Shown: positions 1 to 7,384 of the stretch, piece by piece | Numbering within the stretch: the first letter of the stretch is position 1 | Layout: each line of letters begins with the position of its first letter | Origin: an uncultured archaeon | GTDB lineage: Archaea > Iainarchaeota > Iainarchaeia > Iainarchaeales > CSSED10-239 | Assembly (NCBI GenBank): GCA_964591795.1 | Contig: CAZQEL010000023.1 | Span: 1-10,944, forward strand | Length of the DNA stretch: 10,944 nt | Direction of reading: 5' to 3' | Position numbers and translations under genes: made by a program | Notes under the pieces: generated by a model | The model's input: only the letters and a program-made list of their open reading frames with translations | Told to the model about the DNA's origin: nothing | Database searches by the model: none

Positions 1-38
1 AATGGTCAAATTTGACCATTTTCTTTTTTTTCTTTTTT
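1..38 (+). terminator. Hairpin plus T-tract, likely the terminator of a gene upstream of the window
   Basis: Bases 1-20 (AATGGTCAAATTTGACCATT) are a perfect 20-nt palindrome, giving an 8-bp stem (AATGGTCA/TGACCATT) with an AATT loop. It is followed directly by TTCTTTTTTTTCTTTTTT (21-38). The element sits at the window edge, so the stem could extend further and the upstream gene is unseen. Confidence 0.5.
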
Positions 39-103
39 AGTTCGGTTTTTAAATGTTTTATATTATATTTTTATATTAAATTTATATAAAATGGTAATTA
101 ATC

Positions 104-1804
104 ATGATATCTGTATTTTTTGAACTTGCAATTATAATAGGAATTGCAACCATAATAGGTCTTTTGGTTAAAGCATTAAAACAGCCATTGATTATAGGAT
201 ATATTTTAACTGGTCTTGTAGCTGGTCCTTATTTTCTTAATATTATTAGTTCAATTGAAACCATTGAAATTTTTTCCTCAATTGGTATTGCTCTTTTACT
301 TTTTGTTGTTGGACTTCACTTAAATCCAAAAATAATAAAAGAAGTAGGAAAGGTATCAATAATAATTGGTATTGGACAGGTATTAGTTACTTTTATTTTA
401 GGTTTTTTACTTTCTAGATTTTTAGGTTTTCAATTGTTATTGTCTGCATACATTGCAATAGCATTAACTTTTAGTAGTACAATTATTATTACTAAATTAT
501 TATCTGATAAGGGTGACGCTAATAGACTTTATGGTAAAATAGCTATTGGTGTTTTAATTATTCAAGATTTAATTGCAATGTTATTTTTAATGATTGTTTT
601 ATCTACTGCAACTTCTATGAATTTATCATCAAGTCTTTTAAAAACTTTATTTAGTGGATTAATATTAATTGGAATTGTTTTTTTATTTGGAATATATGTT
701 TTGCCAAAACTCACAAAATATATTGCAAGATCTCAAGAACTTTTACTTTTGTTTTCAATTAGTTGGGCTTTGGTTTTGTCTGCTGTTTTTTATGTTTTTA
801 ATTTTTCAATTGAAGTTGGAGCTTTTTTAGCTGGTATGACTTTATCCATGTCACCCTATAAGCATGAAATCAGTTCTAAAATGAGTCCAATAAGAGATTT
901 TTTCATAGTTATTTTCTTTATATTTTTAGGTTATCAAATGGGTTTTTCTAATATACATTCTCAAATTTTACCAATTATTTTACTTTCTTTATTTGTTTTA
1001 ATAATTAAACCAATTATTGTTATTATTTTTATGGGTGTTTTAGGTTACTCTAAAAGAAATAGTTTCTTGTTAGGTGTATCTTTAGCGCAAATAAGTGAAT
1101 TTTCTTTAATTTTAATTGCTCTTGGTATTTCTGTGGGTCACTTAGATGTATCTATTATTTCTGTTTTAACAGCAGTCACATTAATTACAATGGCAGGTTC
1201 TAGTTATTTAATAATTTATGCTGACAAAATATATCCAAGATTTTCAAAATTACTTTCTTTTTTTGAAAGAAAAGGAAAGAAGGTTGATGATGTTTCTTAT
1301 AAAAATGCGTCAAGTCATGAAGTTGTAATTTTTGGGTATGATAGGATTGGTTTTGATCTTGTAATTTATCTTAAAAGACATAAAACTAGTTTTTTAATTG
1401 TTGATTATAATCCTCAAACTATTCTTAAACTTTCAAAAAGAAAGATTTCTTGTATTTATGGTGATGTTACAAATATGGAACTTTTAAATGAGCTTGATTT
1501 TAATAAAACAAAAATGGTTATTTCTAATATTTCAAGTTATGAAACAAATATTACTTTTATAAATAAAATTAAAAAGTTAAATAAAAATATAATAATAATT
1601 GTTACTTCAAATAGAGTTGATGACACCTTCCATTTTTACAAAGAAGGGGCAACACATGTTGTTATGCCATCTTTATTAGGTGGAGAACACATTTCTTCTT
1701 TAATTAATAAAAATCATTTCAATAAAATAAAATATATTGAAGATAAGTTTAAACATATTTCTTCCTTTGAAAATAGAGAAGAACTTGATTATGAAGATGT
1801 TTAA
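104..1804 (+). CDS. CPA2-family (Kef-type) monovalent cation/H+ antiporter with a C-terminal RCK/TrkA-N domain
   Basis: 566-aa ORF. The first ~380 aa are a run of hydrophobic helices with a typical Na+/H+-exchanger-family N-terminus (ELAIIIGIATIIGLLVKALKQPLIIGYILTGLVAGP). The C-terminal ~150 aa have a Rossmann-like beta-alpha-beta segment (HEVVIFGYDRIGFDLVIYLKRHKTSFLIVDYNPQ...YGDVTN..LL) typical of TrkA-N/KTN. TAA stop. No clear SD upstream. Confidence 0.85.
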   Translation: MISVFFELAIIIGIATIIGLLVKALKQPLIIGYILTGLVAGPYFLNIISSIETIEIFSSIGIALLLFVVGLHLNPKIIKEVGKVSIIIGIGQVLVTFILGFLLSRFLGFQLLLSAYIAIALTFSSTIIITKLLSDKGDANRLYGKIAIGVLIIQDLIAMLFLMIVLSTATSMNLSSSLLKTLFSGLILIGIVFLFGIYVLPKLTKYIARSQELLLLFSISWALVLSAVFYVFNFSIEVGAFLAGMTLSMSPYKHEISSKMSPIRDFFIVIFFIFLGYQMGFSNIHSQILPIILLSLFVLIIKPIIVIIFMGVLGYSKRNSFLLGVSLAQISEFSLILIALGISVGHLDVSIISVLTAVTLITMAGSSYLIIYADKIYPRFSKLLSFFERKGKKVDDVSYKNASSHEVVIFGYDRIGFDLVIYLKRHKTSFLIVDYNPQTILKLSKRKISCIYGDVTNMELLNELDFNKTKMVISNISSYETNITFINKIKKLNKNIIIIVTSNRVDDTFHFYKEGATHVVMPSLLGGEHISSLINKNHFNKIKYIEDKFKHISSFENREELDYEDV

Positions 1805-1888
1805 TTTATTTAAATGCTTTAAAGATATATTTATAAATATAATATCCTAAATATTAATAACAACTAATTTTAAAATATAAAGATATTT

Positions 1889-4516
1889 ATGAAATATACA
1901 GGGTTAACTAAAGAAAAAGCTAAAGAAAATTTAGATAAGTTTGGTTTAAATGAGATTATTGATCTCCATAAGGTTAAATGGTATTCTGTTCTTTTAAGAC
2001 AGGTTAAAAATAATTTTATTGTTTATCTTTTATTTGGTGCTGCTTTTCTTTCTTTTTTAGTTGGTAAAGTAACAACTGCATATACAGTTATTGCTGTAAT
2101 TTTAATTGTTGTTGGTGCTGGTTTTTTTCAAGAGTTTAAAGCTGAAAAAGCAGTCTCTGCTCTTAAAAAAATGATAACTCCTAATACCCTAGTTATAAGA
2201 AACTCAAAAGAAGATGAAATACTATCTACAGAAATAGTGCCTGGAGATATTTTAATATTAAGAACAGGTGAAAGAGTTCCTGCTGATGCAATTATTCTTG
2301 ATTTTAAAAATTTACTTATAAATGAATCTATTCTTACTGGTGAATCAAAAGAGGTTCAAAAAATAATTTCTTTAAAAGAACCATTTACTGATGATAATTT
2401 TGTGTTCATGGGTACTTATATTGTAAGTGGAAAATGTACTGTTAAAGTAATGCATACTGGAATGAATACTAAATTTGGAAAAATAGCAGGATTAATTTCA
2501 GGTATTGAAAAAGAACTTCCATTACAAAAAAAAGTAAACAAAGTAACTAAATATTTTTCATTAATTGGACTTTGTTTATCTATTTTAACTGGTGTTTTAG
2601 TTTTATTAAAATCACCAATTATTACAAAAGATATAATTATTGAAGTAATTATTCTTGTAATTGCAATTTCAGTTGCAGCTTTTCCTGAAGGTTTACCTTT
2701 GGTTTTAGTATCTACTTTATCATCTGGTGCTTATAGAATGGCAAAGAAAAATGCAGTTGTAAACAGAATGTCAATCATTGAAACCTTAGGTGAAACAACA
2801 GTTATTTGTACAGATAAGACAGGTACAATTACAAAAGGTGAAATGACTGTTAGAAAAATTTATTTAGATAATCAATTATATAATGTTTCTGGTGTTGGAT
2901 TTGATAGACAAGGGGTCTTTTTTAAAAACTCAAAAAAAATAATCTTTACTGAAAATAAAGATTTACTTTTACTTTTAAAATCAGGAGTTTTATGTAATGA
3001 TTCATATATTAAAGAAATTAAAAACGATTCAAGATATAAAATAACTGGAACACCAACTGAAGCTGCTTTATTAGTTTTAGCTTCAAAAGCAGATATTTTT
3101 AAAGAAGACTTTGATATTTCACGTGAAGAAGAAATTCCTTTTTCATCAGAAAGAAAACTTATGAGTGTTTTAGTTAAAGAAAAAAACATAAGTACAGTTT
3201 ATGTTAAAGGTGCTGTTGAATATATTTTAAAAAATTGTACTCATATTTTAAAAAATGGAAAAAAACATGTTATTACTAAAAAAGATATTTTAGAAATTGA
3301 AAATAAAAACTCATTGATGGCTAAAGCATCACTTAGAACTTTAGGTTTTGCATATAAAATAACAGATATTGAAAATTTAGAATCAGATTTAGTATTTATT
3401 GGTTTTATAGGTATGGAAGATCCACCTAGAGCAGAAGTTAAAGAAACAATTTCTCTTTGTAAAATAGCTGGTATTAAAGTTAAAATGATTACTGGGGATA
3501 ATAAAGAAACTGCAATTTCAATTGCAAAAGAGATTGGACTTCAAGATGGTTCTGTTCTAGAAGGTTTTCAAATAGATGAACTTTCTGATGATGAGTTATC
3601 TAGAATTATTGAAAATGTTTCTGTTTTTGCAAGAGTAAGACCAGAGCATAAATTAAGAATTGTACGTGCACTTAAACAAAACGGTGAAATTGTAACCATG
3701 ACTGGAGATGGTGTTAACGACGCGCCTGCTCTAAAAGAAGCACATGTTGGTGTGGCTATGGGGATTACTGGTACTGATGTATCAAGGTCAGTTGCTGATT
3801 TAACACTTAAAGACGATAACTTTGCAACTATTGTTTATGCAATAAAAGAAGGAAGAACAATTTTTTCAAATATACGTAAGTTTATGACTTATCAATTATC
3901 TTGTAATTTTTCAGAATTATTTATTATTATTTTTGGTGTTTTGCTTGCAAGTAATTTTGGATGGAGAATTCCAATTCTTTTACCTCTTCAAATTTTATTT
4001 ATGAATATTGTGACAGATAACTTACCTGCAATCGCCTTAGGGTTCAATCCATCTTCAAACGATGTTATGAATGAAAAGCCATTAAAAAGAGAAATTTTAA
4101 CTAAAAATTTAATAATTGTTCTTTTATTTTCTGGAGTTTTAATGACTTTTTTTACATTATCAGTATATTATATTACTTATAATGTTTTACATTTAAGTTC
4201 AGCTCATGCAGCAACAACTGCTCTTTTAACTTTAATTATGCTTGAAATTTTAGGTGCATTTAATTTTAGATCTTTTAGAAAAGGAGTTTTGGATAGATCC
4301 TTGTTTGTAAATAAGTATCTTTTCTATGCATCAATGGTTTCTATAATTGCAACTATTGCGATAATCTATACTCCTCTTAACAAAGCTTTTGAAACAATTC
4401 CATTAATGCCTATTGAATGGATTGTTGCTTTATCTATTGGTCTATTGTTTGTTTTAATTTTTGATAGTTTAAAGAAAATTAACAAAAGAACTAAGTTTTG
4501 GTCAATTGAAGGTTAG
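1889..4516 (+). CDS. P-type ATPase, P2 subtype (SERCA/bacterial Ca2+-ATPase-like cation pump)
   Basis: 875-aa ORF carrying the full P-type motif set: N-terminal GLTKEKAKENLDKFGLNEI; TGES (LTGESKEV); TM4 PEGLP (AFPEGLPLV); phosphorylation site ICTDKTGTITKG (Asp codon 2813-2815); KGAVE; DPPR; MITGDN; TGDGVNDAPALK. The TM5/TM6 ion-site residues resemble SERCA (SCNFSEL; FMNIVTDNLPAIALG). TAG stop. Confidence 0.92.
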   Translation: MKYTGLTKEKAKENLDKFGLNEIIDLHKVKWYSVLLRQVKNNFIVYLLFGAAFLSFLVGKVTTAYTVIAVILIVVGAGFFQEFKAEKAVSALKKMITPNTLVIRNSKEDEILSTEIVPGDILILRTGERVPADAIILDFKNLLINESILTGESKEVQKIISLKEPFTDDNFVFMGTYIVSGKCTVKVMHTGMNTKFGKIAGLISGIEKELPLQKKVNKVTKYFSLIGLCLSILTGVLVLLKSPIITKDIIIEVIILVIAISVAAFPEGLPLVLVSTLSSGAYRMAKKNAVVNRMSIIETLGETTVICTDKTGTITKGEMTVRKIYLDNQLYNVSGVGFDRQGVFFKNSKKIIFTENKDLLLLLKSGVLCNDSYIKEIKNDSRYKITGTPTEAALLVLASKADIFKEDFDISREEEIPFSSERKLMSVLVKEKNISTVYVKGAVEYILKNCTHILKNGKKHVITKKDILEIENKNSLMAKASLRTLGFAYKITDIENLESDLVFIGFIGMEDPPRAEVKETISLCKIAGIKVKMITGDNKETAISIAKEIGLQDGSVLEGFQIDELSDDELSRIIENVSVFARVRPEHKLRIVRALKQNGEIVTMTGDGVNDAPALKEAHVGVAMGITGTDVSRSVADLTLKDDNFATIVYAIKEGRTIFSNIRKFMTYQLSCNFSELFIIIFGVLLASNFGWRIPILLPLQILFMNIVTDNLPAIALGFNPSSNDVMNEKPLKREILTKNLIIVLLFSGVLMTFFTLSVYYITYNVLHLSSAHAATTALLTLIMLEILGAFNFRSFRKGVLDRSLFVNKYLFYASMVSIIATIAIIYTPLNKAFETIPLMPIEWIVALSIGLLFVLIFDSLKKINKRTKFWSIEG

Positions 4517-4528
4517 TTTTTTCTTTTT
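4517..4528 (+). terminator. Oligo-T tract directly after the ATPase stop (archaeal-style termination signal)
   Basis: TTTTTTCTTTTT begins at the first base after the TAG stop (4514-4516). Archaeal RNAP terminates at oligo-T. The AT-rich background makes this call weak. Confidence 0.3.
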
Positions 4529-4580
4529 CTTATTATTTATATTTCTTTTGCTTTATATATTATATATTAAGTATAAATCG

Positions 4581-4587
4581 AGGAGGA
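4581..4587 (+). promoter_or_regulatory. Shine-Dalgarno site for serS
   Basis: AGGAGGA (within cGAGGAGGAtg) lies 9 nt upstream of the ATG at 4597. It is the only strong purine-rich SD in the window. Confidence 0.6.
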
Positions 4588-4596
4588 TGTTAATAT

Positions 4597-5889
4597 ATGC
4601 TTGATATAAAATACATACGAGAAAACGAACAACAAGTTAGAGATAATTTAAATAAAAAATTTCAAGAGCATAAATCCTCATCGTTAGATAAATTAATAAT
4701 TTTAGATAAGGAATATAGAGAAAATTTAAAAATCGCTAATGATTTAAAACATAAAAGAAATAAATTAACTGAAGAGATTGCTGTGTGTAAGCATAACAAC
4801 AAACCAGTTGACGAACTTTTAAAAGAAGTTAGAGAACTACCAAGCAAAATAAAAGAAATGGATGTAATCTTAAAATCTTTAAAAGAAGAAATCTATGCAC
4901 TTCAAAAAATGATGCCAAACATTATCAGTAATGAGACACCTATAGGTAAGGATGATTCTGAAAATAAAGTTACTGAAGAGTTTGGAGAAATTAAAAAGTT
5001 TGATTTTGATATAAAAAGTCATTCTGAAATTGCAGAGGCATTAAATGTAATTGATTTCGATTCTTCAAGAGAAAATTCAGGTAAAGGTTTTTATTATCTT
5101 TTAGGTGATTTAGCACTTTTAAATAATGCTCTAATAAGATATGCTCAAGATATTTTGGTTAAAAAAGGTTATACATATATCTTACCGCCATTAATGATCA
5201 ACAAAAAGGCATGTGATGGTGTTATTGACTTTGATTTTTTCAAAGATATGGTGTATAAAATTGAAAATGAAGATCTTTATATGATAGGTACTTCTGAGCA
5301 TCCACTTATCTCTATGTTTATGGAAAAAGTAATTCCTGAAGAAAACCTACCATTAAAACTCTTTTCATACACATCATGTTTTAGAAAGGAGATTGGTGCT
5401 CATGGTCTTGATGAAAGAGGGCTTTTCCGTTTACATCAATTTGATAAGATTGAACAAGTGATTATTTGTAAGCCAGAAGACTCAATTAAATTATTTGAAG
5501 AAACAAAGAATAATTCTATTGAAATATTCAAAGGACTTGGTCTACCAATAAGAATTTTAGAAATCTGTTCTGGAGATTTGGGTGATCAAAAATACAGACA
5601 AATTGATCTTGAAGCATTTTCTCCAAGAAGAAATGGGTTTATTGAGTTAGGTTCTTGTTCAAATTTAACTGAATCACAAGCAATAGGGTTAAATATTAAG
5701 GGTAAGACTAAGCAATCTGATAAATATTATGTTCACACCCTAAATAACACTGCTATACCTACTCAAAGAACCTTGGTTGCAATCATTGAAAATTTCCAAA
5801 CAAAAGAGGGTACTATTAAAATTCCTGAAATTTTAGTTCCTTATATGTATGGAAAGACCGAGATCTTAAAGCATACTAAGTTATTTTAG
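4597..5889 (+). CDS. serS: Seryl-tRNA synthetase (standard bacterial/archaeal type, class II)
   Basis: 430-aa ORF. It has an N-terminal ~100-aa K/E-rich coiled-coil tRNA-binding arm, a GTSEHPL motif, motif 2 (CFRKEIGAHGLDERGLFRLHQFDKIEQV), GSCSNLTESQA, and motif 3 (YVHTLNNTAIPTQRTLVAIIENFQTKEGTIKIPEILVPYM). TAG stop. Confidence 0.93.
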   Translation: MLDIKYIRENEQQVRDNLNKKFQEHKSSSLDKLIILDKEYRENLKIANDLKHKRNKLTEEIAVCKHNNKPVDELLKEVRELPSKIKEMDVILKSLKEEIYALQKMMPNIISNETPIGKDDSENKVTEEFGEIKKFDFDIKSHSEIAEALNVIDFDSSRENSGKGFYYLLGDLALLNNALIRYAQDILVKKGYTYILPPLMINKKACDGVIDFDFFKDMVYKIENEDLYMIGTSEHPLISMFMEKVIPEENLPLKLFSYTSCFRKEIGAHGLDERGLFRLHQFDKIEQVIICKPEDSIKLFEETKNNSIEIFKGLGLPIRILEICSGDLGDQKYRQIDLEAFSPRRNGFIELGSCSNLTESQAIGLNIKGKTKQSDKYYVHTLNNTAIPTQRTLVAIIENFQTKEGTIKIPEILVPYMYGKTEILKHTKLF

Positions 5890-5906
5890 ATTTATAAAAT
5901 AACTTC

Positions 5907-5921
5907 TTTTTTATTTTTTTT
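5907..5921 (+). terminator. Oligo-T tracts after serS (T6-A-T8)
   Basis: TTTTTTATTTTTTTT starts 18 nt after the serS stop and ends 2 nt from the stop of the convergent gene. It fits archaeal oligo-T termination for the + strand transcript. Confidence 0.35.
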
Positions 5922-5922
5922 A

Positions 5923-6852
5923 TTACATAAAAGGTAGTGTATTAATATTTTCCTTATCTTCGACTAACATTAATTCAATATCTATATTGTTAATAAATAA
6001 TTTATTTAATTCATCTATTGTTTTTTGTATCTCTTTAACATTTTCATGAAATAACTGAATAATTACATTTGGATTATTAATAGATATTACTAAAGAATTT
6101 ATTAAATTATGGTTGTTACAAAATAACATTATTTTTTGTTTGGTATTAGTATCTAAATTTTTAATTGAACATAATAATAAAGAAAAAGAGTAATTTAATT
6201 TAGACATATCAAATATTAATCTGTGCCCACTTATTATACCTTCTTTGTAATATTTTTTAATATTGTATATAATTAATTCACAAGATATATCTGTATTTTT
6301 AGATATCTCGATAATTTTTGTTCTATAATTTTTTTCTAATTCTAAAAGTATTAATTTATCGTTTTTACTCAATTTAACTAAATCATTATTTAAATTTGAA
6401 TTAATAATATTTTCTTTGTTATTTTTTAAAAATTTTAATGGATATAATTTAGTTAAAATAGGTTTTATTATTAAATGATCATAAATTAATAAGTCTTTTA
6501 ATTTATTAGTTAAATAATCTTGTATTTCAAGTTCATCTTTAAATATACAATTTAAATATAAATTATATTTTCCGTAACATCTTCCCTTAGAAATACAATT
6601 CATATCATTTTTGATGTTTAAATCTTTATTTTTGCATTTTAATAAAATTATTACTTGTAAATGATATCCTAATTTATTGTAGTTAAATATAGTTGCAAAT
6701 TTAATAATTAATCCACTATTAATATATTTTTTTATTTTGTAATTTACTTTCTCTTTGGATATATTTAATTTTTTAGATATATTTGTTAGTGATTCTCTTT
6801 TATTTTGATATAAATAACTTAGTAGTTTATAATCTGTATTAGTTAATTTCAT
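5923..6852 (-). CDS. Transcriptional regulator made of two tandem Lrp/AsnC-like modules (each wHTH plus a small alpha/beta effector-type domain)
   Basis: 309-aa ORF with a visible internal duplication. Residues ~7-63 (DYKLLSYLYQNKRESLTNISKKLNISKEKVNYKIKKYINSGLIIKFATIFNYNKLGY) align with residues ~164-220 (NDKLILLELEKNYRTKIIEISKNTDISCELIIYNIKKYYKEGIISGHRLIFDMSKLNY). Each is followed by ~80 aa that fit an Lrp RAM-like domain. TAA stop. Divergent from the small ORF at 6984. Confidence 0.65.
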   Translation of the reverse strand: MKLTNTDYKLLSYLYQNKRESLTNISKKLNISKEKVNYKIKKYINSGLIIKFATIFNYNKLGYHLQVIILLKCKNKDLNIKNDMNCISKGRCYGKYNLYLNCIFKDELEIQDYLTNKLKDLLIYDHLIIKPILTKLYPLKFLKNNKENIINSNLNNDLVKLSKNDKLILLELEKNYRTKIIEISKNTDISCELIIYNIKKYYKEGIISGHRLIFDMSKLNYSFSLLLCSIKNLDTNTKQKIMLFCNNHNLINSLVISINNPNVIIQLFHENVKEIQKTIDELNKLFINNIDIELMLVEDKENINTLPFM

Positions 6853-6974
6853 ATATAAATATAATTAGTAATATATATAAATCTTATTTAAATTAAATTT
6901 TTTTGTTATTTCATTTAATTTTGAGTGTTTTTTTAATAAAAACTATTATTAATAATAAAATATATATTCATTTT

Positions 6975-6980
6975 GGTGAT
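6975..6980 (+). promoter_or_regulatory. Possible SD (GGTGAT) for the small ORF
   Basis: GGTGAT ends 3 nt before the ATG at 6984. GGTGA-type SD cores are common in archaea. The spacing is on the short side. Confidence 0.3.
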
Positions 6981-6983
6981 TGT

Positions 6984-7181
6984 ATGAAATTAAAAGAGAT
7001 TACATCTAAAAAATATTCTTGTGTAATTGGAGCTTGTCCTGCTATATTTGAAAATAAAAATAATTATCTAATTATTGGAAAAAAATTAGATGCAAATAAA
7101 TTCAATTTAGGTAATAGAGTAGGTTCAGGTGAAGTTTTGGTTGAAATACCTAAAAAAATTATTGATAAAAAGGCTTTATAG
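6984..7181 (+). CDS. Small hypothetical protein (65 aa) with a C-x4-CP motif
   Basis: MKLKEITSKKYSCVIGACPAIFENKNNYLIIGKKLDANKFNLGNRVGSGEVLVEIPKKIIDKKAL. I prefer the ATG at 6984 (preceded by GGTGAT) over the TTG at 6903 used by the ORF track. The composition is not low-complexity and differs from the antisense shadow ORFs. TAG stop. No family securely recognised. Confidence 0.5.
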   Translation: MKLKEITSKKYSCVIGACPAIFENKNNYLIIGKKLDANKFNLGNRVGSGEVLVEIPKKIIDKKAL

Positions 7182-7384
7182 AAACCTTAGATTTAATTAA
7201 TAATTAAATATATATTTATATAAAATATTTAAAAAATATATAGGTTTTAATATATTTAATATTATTAGCTATAAGTAAAATTATCTTTTTTTAATAAGAA
7301 TGTTTGTTGTACCATTTAAATATATTTTGGTATAATATATTTTAGTATAATTATTATATTAAATATATTATTAATCTGATTAGA

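Noticed and set aside
2872-3189. 105-aa antisense ORF inside the P-type ATPase gene
   Set aside because: It lies fully within a strongly supported CDS on the opposite strand. The S/F/L/K-rich low-complexity translation is typical of a shadow ORF in AT-rich coding DNA. No motifs are present.
4662-4847. 61-aa antisense ORF inside serS
   Set aside because: It is the shadow of the K/E-rich coiled-coil arm of SerRS, giving an S/L/F-rich product with no start context.
6903-6983. TTG-initiated 27-aa N-terminal extension of the small ORF (MLFHLILSVFLIKTIINNKIYIHFGDC), which would add a hydrophobic anchor
   Set aside because: It uses a rare TTG start with no SD. It would leave only ~50 nt for the divergent promoters. 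The ATG at 6984 is preceded by GGTGAT. It cannot be fully excluded; an N-terminal membrane anchor remains an alternative.
7191-7209. 19-nt all-A/T palindrome ATTTAATTA-A-TAATTAAAT just after the small ORF stop; possible Lrp operator or terminator
   Set aside because: In spacer DNA made almost entirely of A/T, a 9/9 inverted repeat is expected by chance about once across the intergenic sequence in this window. As RNA it would form only a weak AU stem.
7307-7336. Sigma70-like promoter TTGTAC-N18-TGgTATAAT upstream of smc, overlapping an archaeal-type TATA string TTTAAATA (7315-7322)
   Set aside because: TATAAT- and TTTAAATA-like strings occur repeatedly by chance in this spacer. The gene content points to an archaeon, where a -35/-10 reading is irrelevant. 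No single site can be singled out without TSS data.
7182-7384. 203-nt spacer upstream of smc, considered as a possible ncRNA or small gene
   Set aside because: It has no GC-containing stems, no tRNA-like structure, and no ORF of meaningful length on either strand. It is most simply a promoter or spacer region.
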